Assembly (NCBI GenBank): GCA_054600435.1
Contig: BAAIJX010000008.1
Span: forward strand, 62,001 to 126,000
Direction: 5' to 3'
Source: Neophaeotheca triangularis
Taxonomy: Eukaryota
DNA: 64,000 nt
Notes under the pieces: model-generated
What the model saw: only the letters and a program-made list of their open reading frames with translations
Databases searched by the model: none
What the model was told of the DNA's origin: nothing
Shown: piece by piece, positions 10,678 to 22,785 of the stretch
How the letters are laid out: every line of letters starts with the position of its first letter
How positions within the stretch are numbered: the first letter of the stretch is position 1
Translations under genes and position numbers: made by a program

Positions 10678-12258
10678 CTAGCCTAGGAATCGGCGAATCT
10701 CGCCGCCAACTCCCTCGAGGTCCAAGAGGAAGGTATCATGGCCGAACAGCGAGCGATCCTCACCGAGCTCAACATGCGTGACGCTGCGGTTGCCGACCTT
10801 CCTCAGTGTGTCCGCTATTTCTCGTTGCTGCCATGCAGGGAACAAAATATCCGAAGCCACACCCAAGACTAGCGTAGGAATGTCGCGAAGCGACGCTAAG
10901 CCTTTGACAAGATCTTCGGGAGGACCTGTAGTGCTCATCGGACTGTTGGGCGCCGATTCAGCGGCCATGATCTCAGCACTCGACTCTTTCTCTTCGTAAG
11001 GCTCGTCTGGTAGCGCCATGCTGCAAGAGGCTTCGCGGGCTGCGGCAGGTGAGGAGGCTTTGTTGAGGCTTGCAGTGTACTCTTGTCGTCGCTTGGCTGC
11101 AGCATCTTGCAGTGCTTTGCCGAGGTCGAAGAGGTCCATCGCTTTACTAATGTAGAGGAGACTGTTTGCGTCGTACTCGAGACACCACTTTTCGCCAGCA
11201 TGGTCTAGGTATGTCTCAATGAGGAAGTCGGGGCAGAGCGCTGGAGGCTTGCTCGGGTCTGCCCTTTGTCTGCCAAAGCGCTGTTCCCATTCTGGCCCGG
11301 ACCGGTAGGTGATGGTTGCGATCTCACGAGCGAGCTTCATACCAGCGTGTGGAGGAATGCTCTCGTAATAGTTCCCACGAGTCTTGGACCAGGCGGGATC
11401 GTTCATCAGGACCTGTCGTTGGGTGTGCCTCATCGCAACGCTATATGGGTGGCTCCTGGCGCAACCAGAGACTGAAACAATGCGCCCTACTCTGTCCGTC
11501 TCCATGATGCCCGCAGCCAGCGATTGCATACCACCCATGCTGCAACCAACACTTGCATACAGCTTATCGATTCCCAATCCATCGAGGAGTCTGAATTGTG
11601 CCCTTACCATATCCTGTACCGTCAGTATCGGGAAACTCGTCGCGTAGTGTTTCTTGCTGATCGGATCGAGGCTGCTCGGTCCAGTGGTTCCATAACACCC
11701 ACCTAGCACGTTTGTACAGATGACAAAGTACTTGTCGGTATCCAAAGGCTTTCCGGAACCGATGAATTTCTCCCACCATCCGGGCTTAGGGTTGGCCTTG
11801 GTGCTGTGGGCATGACTGCTCGCAGAAAGGCCTGTGTGGAGAAGGATCGCATTGCTTTTGTCCGCATTGAGAGTCCCCCACGCTTCGTACGCGACATCAA
11901 AAGACGGTAGCACACCGCCCCAGTCTAGTATTATGGGTTCATCGGAGTGGAATTGCTCAGTTGGACCAGCAGTGTAGGAGGGCTCAGGACCAGCTTGCGA
12001 GCGTTTATTGAGCGTTTGTGTGCGTTCTTCGACGCTATCTAGACACGGGAACGCCAGAGGAGGGTTCGACGATGGTGGAACGATAGGTTCCTCTGTATCG
12101 GCAGTGGTTGGCGCCGCTGCTTGGGAGGCTCGAAGGACAGTACTGCCGAAGCTGCGGCTGCTTGGTGGCAGTGGATAGACTCGTTGTCGAGGGTTGGTCT
12201 TGCGGATGGAACGGGGAAGGCTCCTCGTGAGCACACTGTAAGCCTTTGGTACGCTCAT
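10678..12258 (-). CDS. cysA: Homoserine O-acetyltransferase-like serine O-acyltransferase (Cys2/CysA type), probably mitochondrial
   Basis: [21 protein letters not shown] nucleophile motif, [30 protein letters not shown]. The N-terminus is Arg/Ser-rich and presequence-like. Confidence 0.85.
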   Translation of the reverse strand: MSVPKAYSVLTRSLPRSIRKTNPRQRVYPLPPSSRSFGSTVLRASQAAAPTTADTEEPIVPPSSNPPLAFPCLDSVEERTQTLNKRSQAGPEPSYTAGPTEQFHSDEPIILDWGGVLPSFDVAYEAWGTLNADKSNAILLHTGLSASSHAHSTKANPKPGWWEKFIGSGKPLDTDKYFVICTNVLGGCYGTTGPSSLDPISKKHYATSFPILTVQDMVRAQFRLLDGLGIDKLYASVGCSMGGMQSLAAGIMETDRVGRIVSVSGCARSHPYSVAMRHTQRQVLMNDPAWSKTRGNYYESIPPHAGMKLAREIATITYRSGPEWEQRFGRQRADPSKPPALCPDFLIETYLDHAGEKWCLEYDANSLLYISKAMDLFDLGKALQDAAAKRRQEYTASLNKASSPAAAREASCSMALPDEPYEEKESSAEIMAAESAPNSPMSTTGPPEDLVKGLASLRDIPTLVLGVASDILFPAWQQREIADTLRKVGNRSVTHVELGEDRSLFGHDTFLLDLEGVGGEIRRFLG

Positions 12259-12608
12259 TTTGTGAAGGTTATTGAGGTAAGTATGCTGTCGGTACTGTTG
12301 TCAAAGGCTGCGCTTTTCTTTCCTTAGTACTGGGGACTAGGGAGCTTGGGATTGCATTTCTCAGCAAAGCGTACTAGGTATCCGCGATCGGACATCTAGC
12401 TGGAGCTCTAGAGCAAGCACGTCATCAGGGTTAGAGCTGGGGTACGACATTGTGCTGCTGTCTACCTTAGGTACACTTCTATCACAGGATTACATAGTCT
12501 GTCAGATGATTCATTTGCAGCAAATTTGGGTACTTTCTTTAACCATTTTTCGCTGGGCGAGCACTTAGGAGGCGATAGAGCAACATAATCTGCCACCGCC
12601 GGTACAGG

Positions 12609-13763
12609 ATGGACTTCATTGTTGGAACGTTCAACAGTCCTGACCTCTACACTCTACACTTCACACCACCCCCAGTAAATACAACCGAAAATGGATCAAT
12701 CACGTGCATACGACCATCCCCTGCAATAGGGAACCATTCATGGCTCGCCTTGTCCCCGAACAAGAATATCCTCTACGCAACCGCATGGACAAATCCCCCA
12801 TCAATAGCCGCATACAGCATTAAGAAATCCGGACGAGAGGTGCAGTTCCTGAACGCCCAACGAACCCGCGCCCGCTCCGGCTATGTCTGCTGCTCCTCCA
12901 CGCACGTCTACTCCGCGGGCGGACCTACCGGTGAGGTCTTCTCCCTGCTCCCAGACGGAAGCATCGGTGATCTGGTCCAGGAACTCGACTTTGTGGACGC
13001 CTCTGGCAACGATGGCAAGACCGAGGACAGACCGCACGGCGATTTCGGCGGACTGAGACATGGTGCTCACAGCGTGGATCTCAGTCCCGACGGCCGCAGT
13101 CTCTACATCGCAGATATCGGGCGAAACTGCATTTGGACTTACTCTGTCAATAAGACCAGAGACATCTTGGAGCCGCATCTCAAGCTAGGGTCGAAGCACA
13201 TTTCGCCCAGACCGAACGACGGGCCCAGACATACCTGGCCGCATCCGAAAGGACGGGTACTTTACAGTCTTCAGGAGCACACTAGTATTGTCGATGTCTT
13301 TGACGTAGCTGAGGACGGTGTCACGCTGAAGCATACCCAAGGTGTCAAGATCATCCCGGCGTCGAAGGATTCGAAGCACTACTGGGCTGATGAGGTGCGG
13401 TTATCCTCCACAGCGCCCGATGGCTCCCCCAAATATATGTATGCTTCCACCAGAGGATTGCAAGCAGACACCAGAGGGTATGTTGCCGTTTTTGAGATCG
13501 ACGAGCATGGCGCCATTATTAGTGAGGAGGCGATTGATATATGGGAGACACCGACCTCAGGCGGCATTGCAAACGCCATCGAGCCCGCTCCCTGGCGTAA
13601 GGAGCACGAAGGCAATGAATACCTTGCCATGACCGACAGTGAAGAGGGATGGATATTTGCACTTTGTTTCGACGGCGAGAAAATCACCGAAGTCGCAAGA
13701 CTGAACCTGGGTAAAACTGATGAAGGTGGGATAGTACAGGCTGCTACTGCTGTTTGGCTATGA
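12609..13763 (+). CDS. 7-bladed beta-propeller lactonase, muconate cycloisomerase/carboxy-cis,cis-muconate cyclase-like
   Basis: IVGTFN start, HSWLALS, HGAHSVDLSPDG, DGPRHTWPHP, YWADEVRLS, YASTRG, TSGGIANA. Confidence 0.85.
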   Translation: MDFIVGTFNSPDLYTLHFTPPPVNTTENGSITCIRPSPAIGNHSWLALSPNKNILYATAWTNPPSIAAYSIKKSGREVQFLNAQRTRARSGYVCCSSTHVYSAGGPTGEVFSLLPDGSIGDLVQELDFVDASGNDGKTEDRPHGDFGGLRHGAHSVDLSPDGRSLYIADIGRNCIWTYSVNKTRDILEPHLKLGSKHISPRPNDGPRHTWPHPKGRVLYSLQEHTSIVDVFDVAEDGVTLKHTQGVKIIPASKDSKHYWADEVRLSSTAPDGSPKYMYASTRGLQADTRGYVAVFEIDEHGAIISEEAIDIWETPTSGGIANAIEPAPWRKEHEGNEYLAMTDSEEGWIFALCFDGEKITEVARLNLGKTDEGGIVQAATAVWL

Positions 13764-13799
13764 AGTCGATTCGACCGTTCTCACTGTCAACTAGGTACG

Positions 13800-14614
13800 C
13801 TAGCCCCTCCTAAGGGCGGCCAACCGTCTCGCAACCTCGTTCGCCTCGTTCAAAGTGACGAGCCTACGCTTGCCCCATCCCGTAGCATCGAGTGTCCTCT
13901 TGCTATCCTCGAGCATTTGATGAAGCGTTTGCTCAGGTTCAACCTTTTTATCCTCTCTTGAAAAATTGTCCGCACGCTCTGTAGTGATATCCTTCTTCAC
14001 TCGGCGGTCTTTCGGGACATGTGGCGGTCCTTTGAAGTGTTGAGCGAGCTCATCGTCCCGTGCTACTTCGTAGGGTGTTCGAACGGTCGCGTTCTCTCTA
14101 AAGATCAGTTCCGGCGAGTGTCGGAGTAAGATGTGGGATAATGAAACATTCCCACGTTCGGTCAGCTGATGGAGAGGTGTGCTGCCTGCGCCGTCTCTGA
14201 TAGTAAGCTCTTGCCCCTTGCTGTACTGTAGAATCACTTCGAGCGTCTCGCAGCCACATTGAGCGCCATCTCGGCAAGGGCGATCCGTGATCCATTTGGA
14301 GAGGGGTGTCGCAGAGTCTGCCCGGACGTAGGACCTTTGAGTAAACAAACTCTTGAGCAAGCGCTCATCCAGAAGTTCAAGCATCTGGGCAAGCTTTTCG
14401 GAACTTTCGTCTAGGTGCGACATGGGCGACAGAAGAGCGTGTACAAAATTATTCCCGCTTTCCTCAGCTCGTTTTCGTAAGAGCGAAAAGGCTCTAGCGG
14501 GCTTGCCATAGGCCTCTGCGGGTGGGATGCGACATGCTGTATGAAAGCGAAATGTTCCACTGGAGGAGGCGGCAGACTGATCTCTGTCTCGGTATCACTG
14601 ACTTTTGTAGCCAT
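13800..14614 (-). pseudogene. Relic of an ankyrin-repeat protein gene: N-terminal ~52 codons fused out of frame to the C-terminal ankyrin part
   Basis: The ORF from ATG 14614 runs to ..ENELRK and stops at 14411. A second frame starting near 14458 reads SGNNFVHALLSPM..GAGSTPLHQL..RENATVRTPYEVA..KRRLVTLNEANEVARRLA. No intron signals at the junction. Confidence 0.65.
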
Positions 14615-15546
14615 GGTGCGATGAAGTGTGATCCAGCGTTGCTATTGTGAGTACCAATCAGGGAGAAAAATCCCGGGGGCGACTGGCAGTTCTTATAACG
14701 AAGCAGTGCTCGCATGCCTTACCTTACTCTCCGTGACCGTCCTTTGGCCAGCCGCGCCATACCATCGAATCAGCCATGCTCAGGGCAACGGCGTTGTGGA
14801 GGTTGCGTGCTATGTCTTCACGCTAGGCTGAGAGGTACTTGAAGACAGGGGGTCGGATAAAATCGCTGCCTGTAGCGCCAAGTCGTGTACTTGAGGTTGC
14901 CTTCGTACCCGTCACGTGCCCGTGCCCGCTAAGAGCTTCGAGACATACCTCCGTACCTTATGTATACTTCCATGTACTCGTAGGTGGTTTGGTCTATGCC
15001 ACCACTTGTTGCACTTGATATGGTAAGGTGTATGCACTCATTGAGCAGTCTTGGCTTGCAGACAGACGTCGGCCAGTCAAACCAGTGAGCAGTTGATTAT
15101 TCGAAGCAACTTGAAGCACGGAACTTTTGTGCCGACGGCCAAAACCGAGACTACTAGTACCACCTCCGTGATACCGACACTGTCGCTCACTGACCATCGA
15201 GGCACCCCAAGCAACCGACCATGCCACCGTGCGCACTCCTTCTATTATCGCCAGGGAAGGAAAGCATCGCCCTCACTGTGTTGTAAGCGGCCTTTCCACC
15301 AGGATCCCTCTTCTTTTCGCGCTCCAGCTCCTCGTCCCCGGCAAAACCAAACTCACGGTCAAAGTCTGTCATATCGAGTGCATCGTCAGATTCTGTGCCG
15401 TATAACGGCATCCGGCAGGGCTTTCCTGAAGACTTCTTCATAAAAGCAGAGCCCGGAGCTTTACCAGGGACTCGCTGAACCCGGGCAAGTGCGCCCAGTA
15501 ACACCGCGCAATGAAAACAACCCCAATTTCTTGTCCTTGAAATCAA

Positions 15547-17604
15547 CTATTCCGGAGTAAACTTGCTGAGCTTGCGGATTCTCGCGCCGTAAATGTAAAA
15601 CAAGACTGGCACGGGGAACATCGCCACGCACAAGAAGCTGCGAAAGGTCAGCAAAGGCGGCGTGGTCGTTCTTCGAGGAGTGGAACTCACCCGAGCAAGC
15701 TCGTAGCCCAATCAACGCCCAATCGATGGAAAAAGTAGTTCGCGAACATGGGAAAGCCTCCACCCATCCAACTCCGAAAGAAAGTATTGGCGGCGATGGC
15801 AGAGTTTGCATTCATTTTGTAGACATCGATAAGATAACTGGAGTAAAGTTAGCAAGGTACATGGATGTCGAGGTAAGGGGGGAAAAAACTCACTTCAACC
15901 CTTGAAGGAAAATCATTAGAATTCCCATTCCGATGGGAACGCCAGCGATGATCTGCGGCCAAGGAGTAATGTTGGGAGAGCTCGTCCAGGCGAACCAGAA
16001 GAGGCCTGCTGGAAGAACAAAGCCCCCTACGATCATGGGGATGAGGCGTTCTTCTGGTACGACACCGCCCTCTTCTTCCATCCGCTTGGCAAAGCGCAGT
16101 TTCGTGTAGACCGAGATAAAAAGGCCGCCAAACACAACGCCAATGGCGATCGCGATGAAAGGCAGAGCACCCACTCCCAGATTCCAGCCCCGTTGCTCTT
16201 GGAAAGCAATCGGGTAAGCTTCGAAGAAGAGATACAGAATCCCGTAAATCAGGCCCATGTAAAGCGTCACCAAGACCAAGATGGGTTCCATGGCCAACAT
16301 GACAAAAGGACGGAAGAGGTACTTCTGCAAGAGCTCCTTGGCGTTGACTTCCTTTTCGTCCATGGGCGCTCGGACGGCCCAGTTCTGGGTCTGGAAGCGG
16401 ATTTTCTTCGCTCGGCGGCTGAGTAGGACGGGGGCGAGGGACTCGTCAACGATGAACCAGCCTATGAAGCCGAAGGCGAAGGCCATGATGGCGGTTCTGG
16501 TTTGGGGGGTTGGTGTCTGAATTGGTTGATTTGACTCATTGGGGATACTCACAGGTATGCTGTCCATCGCCAGCCCAGGTATGACATTGTTACGAAGCCA
16601 CCTTGAGTCGAGAGTCAGCGGCAGTCTAACATGTATGCAGCATACTCCACTCAAACTCACCAACAATCGGTCCAGCCACGGGCCCAATAAACGTAGCGCC
16701 AGCGAAGATGCAAACAGCGATACCCCTGTCCACGGGACCGAAAAAGTCGGCGAGAGCTCCGCCAACAATGGCTAGCGGCGCACTGGCGAAGAAGCCGCCG
16801 AAAAATCGACAGATCATCACGGTCCATATGTTTTGCGCCACGGCGACGGGTATGTTGAAGATGGCGAAGATGAAGAAGCCGGTGAAGAGCGGAATTTTGC
16901 GGCCAAAGAGCTCGGAGAAGGGTCCCCATACGATGGGACCGAAAGCTGTACGCTGCGTTAGCAGACTACGACGATGATAAAAAGGGAAGAGACTCACCAA
17001 ATCCCAGCACGAAGAGCGAAGTTCCCAAAATCATGACTTCCGTCGATACATCGAAAAGCTGCGCTGTCGGTCCTGTCGCCGTGCTAAACACGCTCGACGC
17101 AAACGTCACGCTGAAAGTCATGATACCCAGCGTCAGCGTCGTAACCCACTTCTTCCACTCCGGCCAGTTTTGCGGGTTTTCAGGGTCATCTGGTCCGTCC
17201 CACCCTATCACGTTTGGGTCGCCCTCCTCATCCTGGGATTCGCCCTTTTCCTGAGACTGCTCCTGCTTCTCAACGTCGCGGTCGGAGGAATTGCTGTCAT
17301 CGGCGCCGGTGGCTGCGGGAATGGTCGGCTCATCAAAACCCTGCCCTTCCTCCTCCACATTCTGCGGTTTCCGCCTCTCCTCGCTAACACGTCTCGAATG
17401 CGCCGCGAGCGTGCTGGCGTGAGAGAGGTTGGAATCCCGGGGTTTGACGAAGCGCTGCTCAGCGAAAGAACTCGAGATTTGCGGCTGCGATGCTTCCTGT
17501 GTCGCTGACGCGGTGTTGTCGAGACTGCTTTCGCCGTCGGGGGCGTACGTTTGACGCCCACTTTGCGTGCGTATGATGCCGTCGCTGGGACCTGACGAAG
17601 CCAT
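15547..17604 (-). CDS. MFS drug:H+ antiporter (DHA1, Tpo/Flr1-like), multi-exon
   Basis: WDGPDDPENPQNW motif, GPIVWGPFSELFGRK, DESLAPVLL, PEERL. Final exons assembled by hand (intron from 15893, NYLIDVYKMNANSAIAANTFFRS, then ..RIRKLSKFTPE, stop 15547-15549). Confidence 0.9.
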
Positions 17605-18704
17605 GGTTGTATGCCTGGACTTGGCGCTAGGTGCAGTAGGAATCTATCGATGTAGAAAATACAATATACGGAGAGTAACACGCAGGAAGTCTGATAGCGA
17701 AAGGGAAAAGGCGCACGAGTTTCACTACTCACGACCACGTAGTAGTAGTAGTAGTAGAAGGTAATGACTAGCCCTCCCACATCATGACCACCATCACGAT
17801 CTCTTCCCAGACCTACCTTATCACCGAGTCTCCGTTGAGAGAGATGTCGGTAGTCAGCGGCAAAAGAGGTCAGTGACGACACTTCCCTTAAAGAATCGCG
17901 CCCGGAAGGCCAAAAACCGTGTTCCGGGCACTGCAACGTGGGGAGACAGGTCCTACGGACGCAACAGCCGGGCTCTGGAGGAACGGATGCCGAAGCTTGA
18001 GCGTTCTTGCTGAGCTTGTGTGGCTTTTTGGAGATGGTCCTTGCCGATTTGCCATGTATTTGAGTTTTGTGTGAAAAAAACCGCCAGGGAGGGTTGCGGC
18101 ATGACGCTGTCTTTGCTGTCTGCCGCAAACAACGGGCTAATCGTCGGCTGGTATGAATTGGCAGTAGTCCTATACAGTAGGTAGTACCTAAGTAATAGTG
18201 AAGCGGATGATAATCTCGCTCATGGAGATGGTTACCTTATGCTTTCGCGGCCCATTTCGAGCGGTTTTACGACCATTAGGAACACTCGACTCGACGTGTT
18301 CGACTTCCCTAGAGGCACCGAACCTCTTATGGCGAGAGACCAATGTCAATAATCAATAATGCTGTCTCCACTAGTGACACCCCGTCCCATGGTTGTTTTA
18401 AGGTTGAGGCCGCGGCACTTACCACGTGTGAAGCCATCAGCATCGTTCGAATCGAATCCACGATCCCGGGGTCTTCCGTATCCGCCGGGATCTCAGTTAG
18501 GGCATCGGCACAAGCTTGAACCAAATGTCCGAGCAATAGCTGTCCTGACATTCTTGACGGCTGTGAAGAGACACGATGGACCGATTGTCCAATGATCAGT
18601 ACAGATTAATCTTACGCGTCCTATCATACACACCCGATTTCCCATCGCAACCGATCGAACACAGCCATCTCTCGATTTACCAGACGCTTCGCTCGACGCG
18701 CATA

Positions 18705-20228
18705 TTAACCCTTGAGCTCAGAGAAAATGTAGGGAAATATGACAATACAAGCCTTCCAGAAAACACCCACGCTCGCCACCATCCTCAGCGGCACCGACCA
18801 GACGCTCGCGCTCGTGATGTAAATCCACATGGCGTACAGTGCGACAGCGAAGAAGTGGTAGAACAGCACAAAAGGCTGTCTGATGATGCCGGCGAGCAGA
18901 CCGACTGGGCCGTCAATGCAGTTGCCGCCGAGCTGGAAGTACTGGAAACAGCCTTGTTGCAGCGCTTTGAGCTGCGTGTCGTCGGCCGCGAAAAGGCTGT
19001 AGAGCGCTTGCGCGAGGATGTTGATGACCGAGGTTAGGTTCTTGCGTTGCCAGTGGAAGGTGCGCATTTGTTTGAGAACCAGTCTGTAGTCATCGAAGCT
19101 GGGGACGGTTTCTGGGGAAAGGAGATTGGAGAGGAGGACCGCGTCGTTGAAGGCTACGGTCATGCCGCCGCCGGTGAGGGGGTGGCGCATATTCATGGCG
19201 TCGCCGACGACGATGAGGCCGGGAGTTTTATTTGTGGTCGAGGGTAGCCAGGAGTTGGGCATGCTCCGTAGTCGGTCGCGTTCGATCGCAGCCTCGAAGG
19301 ATGGTCGTACTCTTTCGGGTAGGGTAGGCAGCACCACGTTCCTCAGGTGGCCCTTGATGCCGCCGGCCTTTACCGATGCTGAAGGGAGGTTTTCGGGTAC
19401 GTCTATCAGCGCTCTGGTTTCGTGCGTTCCTATCTGGTAGAGGAGTACCGGTGCGCCATCACCCAATATGACGTGACCGTGGTTTGGTAACGGTAAATCT
19501 GCATCGATAAGCTCCAGACCCCAGAACTTCGACCTTGCAACGGGTGCATCTGACCGGATGCCTTTTCGAAACTTCGAAGCGTAGCCATCGCACACTATTG
19601 TCAAGCTGCCAAAGTATGCATCTTGCTCGCCCTGTCTTGTTGCTTCAACACCCACCACCTGCCCAGTGTAGTCGCTTTTGATTACCTCCATCGCTGTCGC
19701 TTCAACAACCGAGACATTAGGATGCTGCATAGCCCGTCTTCGCAACTGTTGTATGAAGCGACCGTGATGAAAACTTCTTCCTTCTGGACGCTTCCTCTTC
19801 ACTCCTCGGGTTTCTCCATCTCCTTTCGCGGAACGTTGCGACTCGGTCTGACTTTTGACAGCATTCACGGGGTACGGTATGTGCACTTCCTGATCGTAGT
19901 AGATGATCTCGTAACCCTCGACTCTGATGGCGTCGATCTCTTCGAGGCAATCCCTCAGCCCCAGCTTCTCCAGCGCAGCAACTCCTCCCGGTTGTAGCAA
20001 CTCGCCAACGATACGGTCCGGCTCCTTGAGCGATCGTTCCAATAGTATGACTGAGCGTCCCTGGTTGCCCAATGCCACTGCCATCGCACTGCCGAAGATG
20101 CCCGCGCCAACGATGACTACCTCGGCCTCATGATGACCTCGCCGTCGCTGTTCCTCCAGGTTGGCGGTCGTCTTTTCCAGCAAAGGGGTGTTCTCTTGCG
20201 ACAGCTTTTCGTCCAATATCATGGGCAT
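18705..20228 (-). CDS. ERG1: Squalene epoxidase
   Basis: VVIVGAGIFG FAD motif, EPDRIVGELLQPGG, GDAMNMRHPLTGGGMTVA, C-terminal TM helices. Confidence 0.97.
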   Translation of the reverse strand: MPMILDEKLSQENTPLLEKTTANLEEQRRRGHHEAEVVIVGAGIFGSAMAVALGNQGRSVILLERSLKEPDRIVGELLQPGGVAALEKLGLRDCLEEIDAIRVEGYEIIYYDQEVHIPYPVNAVKSQTESQRSAKGDGETRGVKRKRPEGRSFHHGRFIQQLRRRAMQHPNVSVVEATAMEVIKSDYTGQVVGVEATRQGEQDAYFGSLTIVCDGYASKFRKGIRSDAPVARSKFWGLELIDADLPLPNHGHVILGDGAPVLLYQIGTHETRALIDVPENLPSASVKAGGIKGHLRNVVLPTLPERVRPSFEAAIERDRLRSMPNSWLPSTTNKTPGLIVVGDAMNMRHPLTGGGMTVAFNDAVLLSNLLSPETVPSFDDYRLVLKQMRTFHWQRKNLTSVINILAQALYSLFAADDTQLKALQQGCFQYFQLGGNCIDGPVGLLAGIIRQPFVLFYHFFAVALYAMWIYITSASVWSVPLRMVASVGVFWKACIVIFPYIFSELKG

Positions 20229-20657
20229 AATTGGTAGCCTTTTGCAGTCTCATGCAACGTGATGGTTATGGCTAGGTAGATGCTCGAAGAGGAGGACTCA
20301 GTAAGTCAGGGCAAGTCACGCTCTGTTTGTTCCTGGAATCTTCACAAAGGAGGCTGGACGGCGGATTATCGAACCACTGGGCAAAGCGCGATAATAAAGC
20401 GCGATGGTGCCACCACGCCATTCGTCCCAGCGATCTCAGGGTCCAGTCCTCGCACTGCCGGCCGGCTTCCGCGTTCCTGTTTTAGCGGCGCCCGGACGGG
20501 CCTCCGAGCGTTCCACACGCGCTGCCCGTCATTTGCACATGTGTCTAGGTACCGTCCTGCATGTGAACAAGAGCCTCACCTGACAGACCTGCAACTTATA
20601 CTTGTTGCCCAGGGGCCTAGCATACTTTTGATACTTTCATCCCGGCCTATTGACAGC

Positions 20658-21875
20658 ATGTCCGACAACACAGTGCCTACGAACGGTGCCTCCGATACGA
20701 CAGAACCTGCAGCCTCCGCAAGCACGCCTCACAGCAATAAGAGTGGATGGGATGGCAAGCTCCGAGTCAACAAACAGGCTACGCTGGCAAACCCGGAAGC
20801 TCTCAGCGACCCCGAATATTCCGATGAGGATGCTCCGCCAGTCGATGAGATTGAAGCAGATGAGGGTTCGTCTCTCACTCTACGCCAAAGAGGATTCCTT
20901 AGACTAAACGATTGTACAGACTTACTCGACGATGAAGACCCAGACGTAGAGGCAAGTAAACGCCCCCGAGAAACACAGCAGTTTGGCGAACTAACATGCC
21001 GCAAGTAGGAGATCGATGTCCAACACATGCGCATAAAGTCAATACCTGCACTGCGGCTCGAACGCTTCGGTAAGCTTCGCAGGCTCGGTCTCCGCCAGAA
21101 CTTCATATCGTCCATCGAACTCCCAACCTGCTTCGCGTCCACACTGGAAGAGCTAGAGCTATACGACAACCTTCTCAAGCACATGGGTGGGCTTGAAGAA
21201 TTCACCGAGCTGAACAACCTCGATTTGAGCTACAACAAGTTCACCCGCATCAAACACCTGGAGAATCTCAAGAAGCTAGAATACGTCTACTTCGTTCAGA
21301 ACCGCATCAGTAAGATTGAGGGTCTCGATGAGTTGACGGAGCTGAAGTACTTGGAGCTGGGCGCAAACAGAATCCGCGAGATCGCCGGACTTGAGAAGCT
21401 TGAGAAGCTCGAACAGCTATGGTTGGGTCAGAATAAGATCACAGAGCTCAAAGGGCTCAGCATGCTGCACAACCTCCGCACCTTGTCGATCCAAGCAAAC
21501 AGGCTAGATTCATTGTCGGGAATCGAGGCGCTTCCCAACTTGACCGAGCTTTATGTCTCCGACAACCGTATTCCCTCCCTCGAACCTCTTGCAGCAATCA
21601 CCAAACTCGACATCCTCGATTTCCAGAGCAACCCCATCAAGTCCCTCGCCGGGCTGGAAAGGCTCAATCTGCTCGAGAACGTGTGGGCCAGCAACTGCCA
21701 AATCGACAGTTTCCAGGAGATCGAGCGGGTGTTGAAGGACAAGGAGAAGCTGGAGGAAGTCTACTTTGAGGGCAACCCAGTGCAGAAGCAGGGACCGGTG
21801 CTGTACCGCAACAAGGTCAAGCTTGCTCTTCCGCAGCTGATCAAGATTGACGCTGCTTATGTTAAGACGACGTAG
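20658..21875 (+). CDS. SDS22: Protein phosphatase 1 regulatory subunit Sds22 (LRR), 3 exons
   Basis: ATG at 20658; SGWDGKLR and SDPEYSDEDAPP motifs. Introns 20866-20919 (GT-AG) and 20952-21008 (GC-AG). SDS22-class LRRs; YRNKVKLALPQLIKIDA end. Confidence 0.93.
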
Positions 21876-22785
21876 TTTGGCCTGTTCTCGACCGCTCGAT
21901 GTGAAGTGCATGCATGGTGTCTGGCGTTGAAGGAGGCGGGAAAGATGCTCTCGCGGGACTTGCTGATATACCCCCCCCTCAAAGGTGCCGAAGATAGGTA
22001 TCAAAGTATAGAAAGTTTTGCAGTGTTGAATGAACATCGCAAGCCACGGACATCTACCTTACCTGGGTACGATCTGATAACTCTGCCTCGTGTTCTGTGA
22101 TCACCTTCAGGTGTCGCGCCGAGGTAAGCTTCAATTGTAATCTGCTTCCCGAAAGTGCTGATGACCCGGCAGCCTGGGCCACCGGCGCCCCAGCAGATAA
22201 CCGAAGCGTGGCTGCACACCAATGATGTAAAGACTGCTGTCAAGCTGCATCCCGTGCCAGTAACCTTGGAAGCTTCAACTCAACACTACCTAGGTACCTC
22301 ATTACCTTATTATTGTTCTGATAATCTCGAGTAGACCAGCAACACTAAGTTCTTTCATCAGTCAATATGGCTACCACTGCAGACGCCAACGAAACACACG
22401 CACCGCTGAGTTAAGAATGGAGCAAGCTTTCGGCCGAGTAAAGCAGACAGACTTCGGGTTGCAAGACAGGCGAGACAGGGTCCCGCGTGCTTGATTTCCA
22501 AGCAGCTCGGCCCAGTCGTTAGCAATCGCCAAACGCTAATAAATCGTCCAGAGTCTACCCACATATCCCGTCCTATCTAGATCCGAGACGTGTTTCTTCG
22601 TGCTACTATCCGCTATCCTGTTGTCGTTCCTTTCCCTCCTATACCAACGATCCCCTACCATCCGATTTCTCCGTTGCCATTGGACCCTACGTTAATGATC
22701 CCTTGCTCGAAAGCTCGCGCCCAACGCTTAGGAGCGTCGTTCTAGCACAGAGTTTAAAAGCGCGCTGCGCGACCAATCTGATAAG

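Noticed and set aside
15187..15546. 119-aa ORF with an acidic stretch downstream of the DHA1 transporter
   Set aside because: Non-ATG start right at the transporter stop and no recognisable family. Probably 3'UTR, though a degraded gene relic cannot be excluded.
18327..18551. 74-aa ATG-initiated ORF downstream of ERG1
   Set aside because: Protein-like composition but no motif, promoter or splice support; it lies in the probable ERG1 3'UTR.
1863..20228. Possible metabolic gene cluster (transporters, GH18, acyltransferase, lactonase, ERG1)
   Set aside because: No backbone enzyme (NRPS/PKS/terpene cyclase), and the genes are interleaved with unrelated housekeeping genes.
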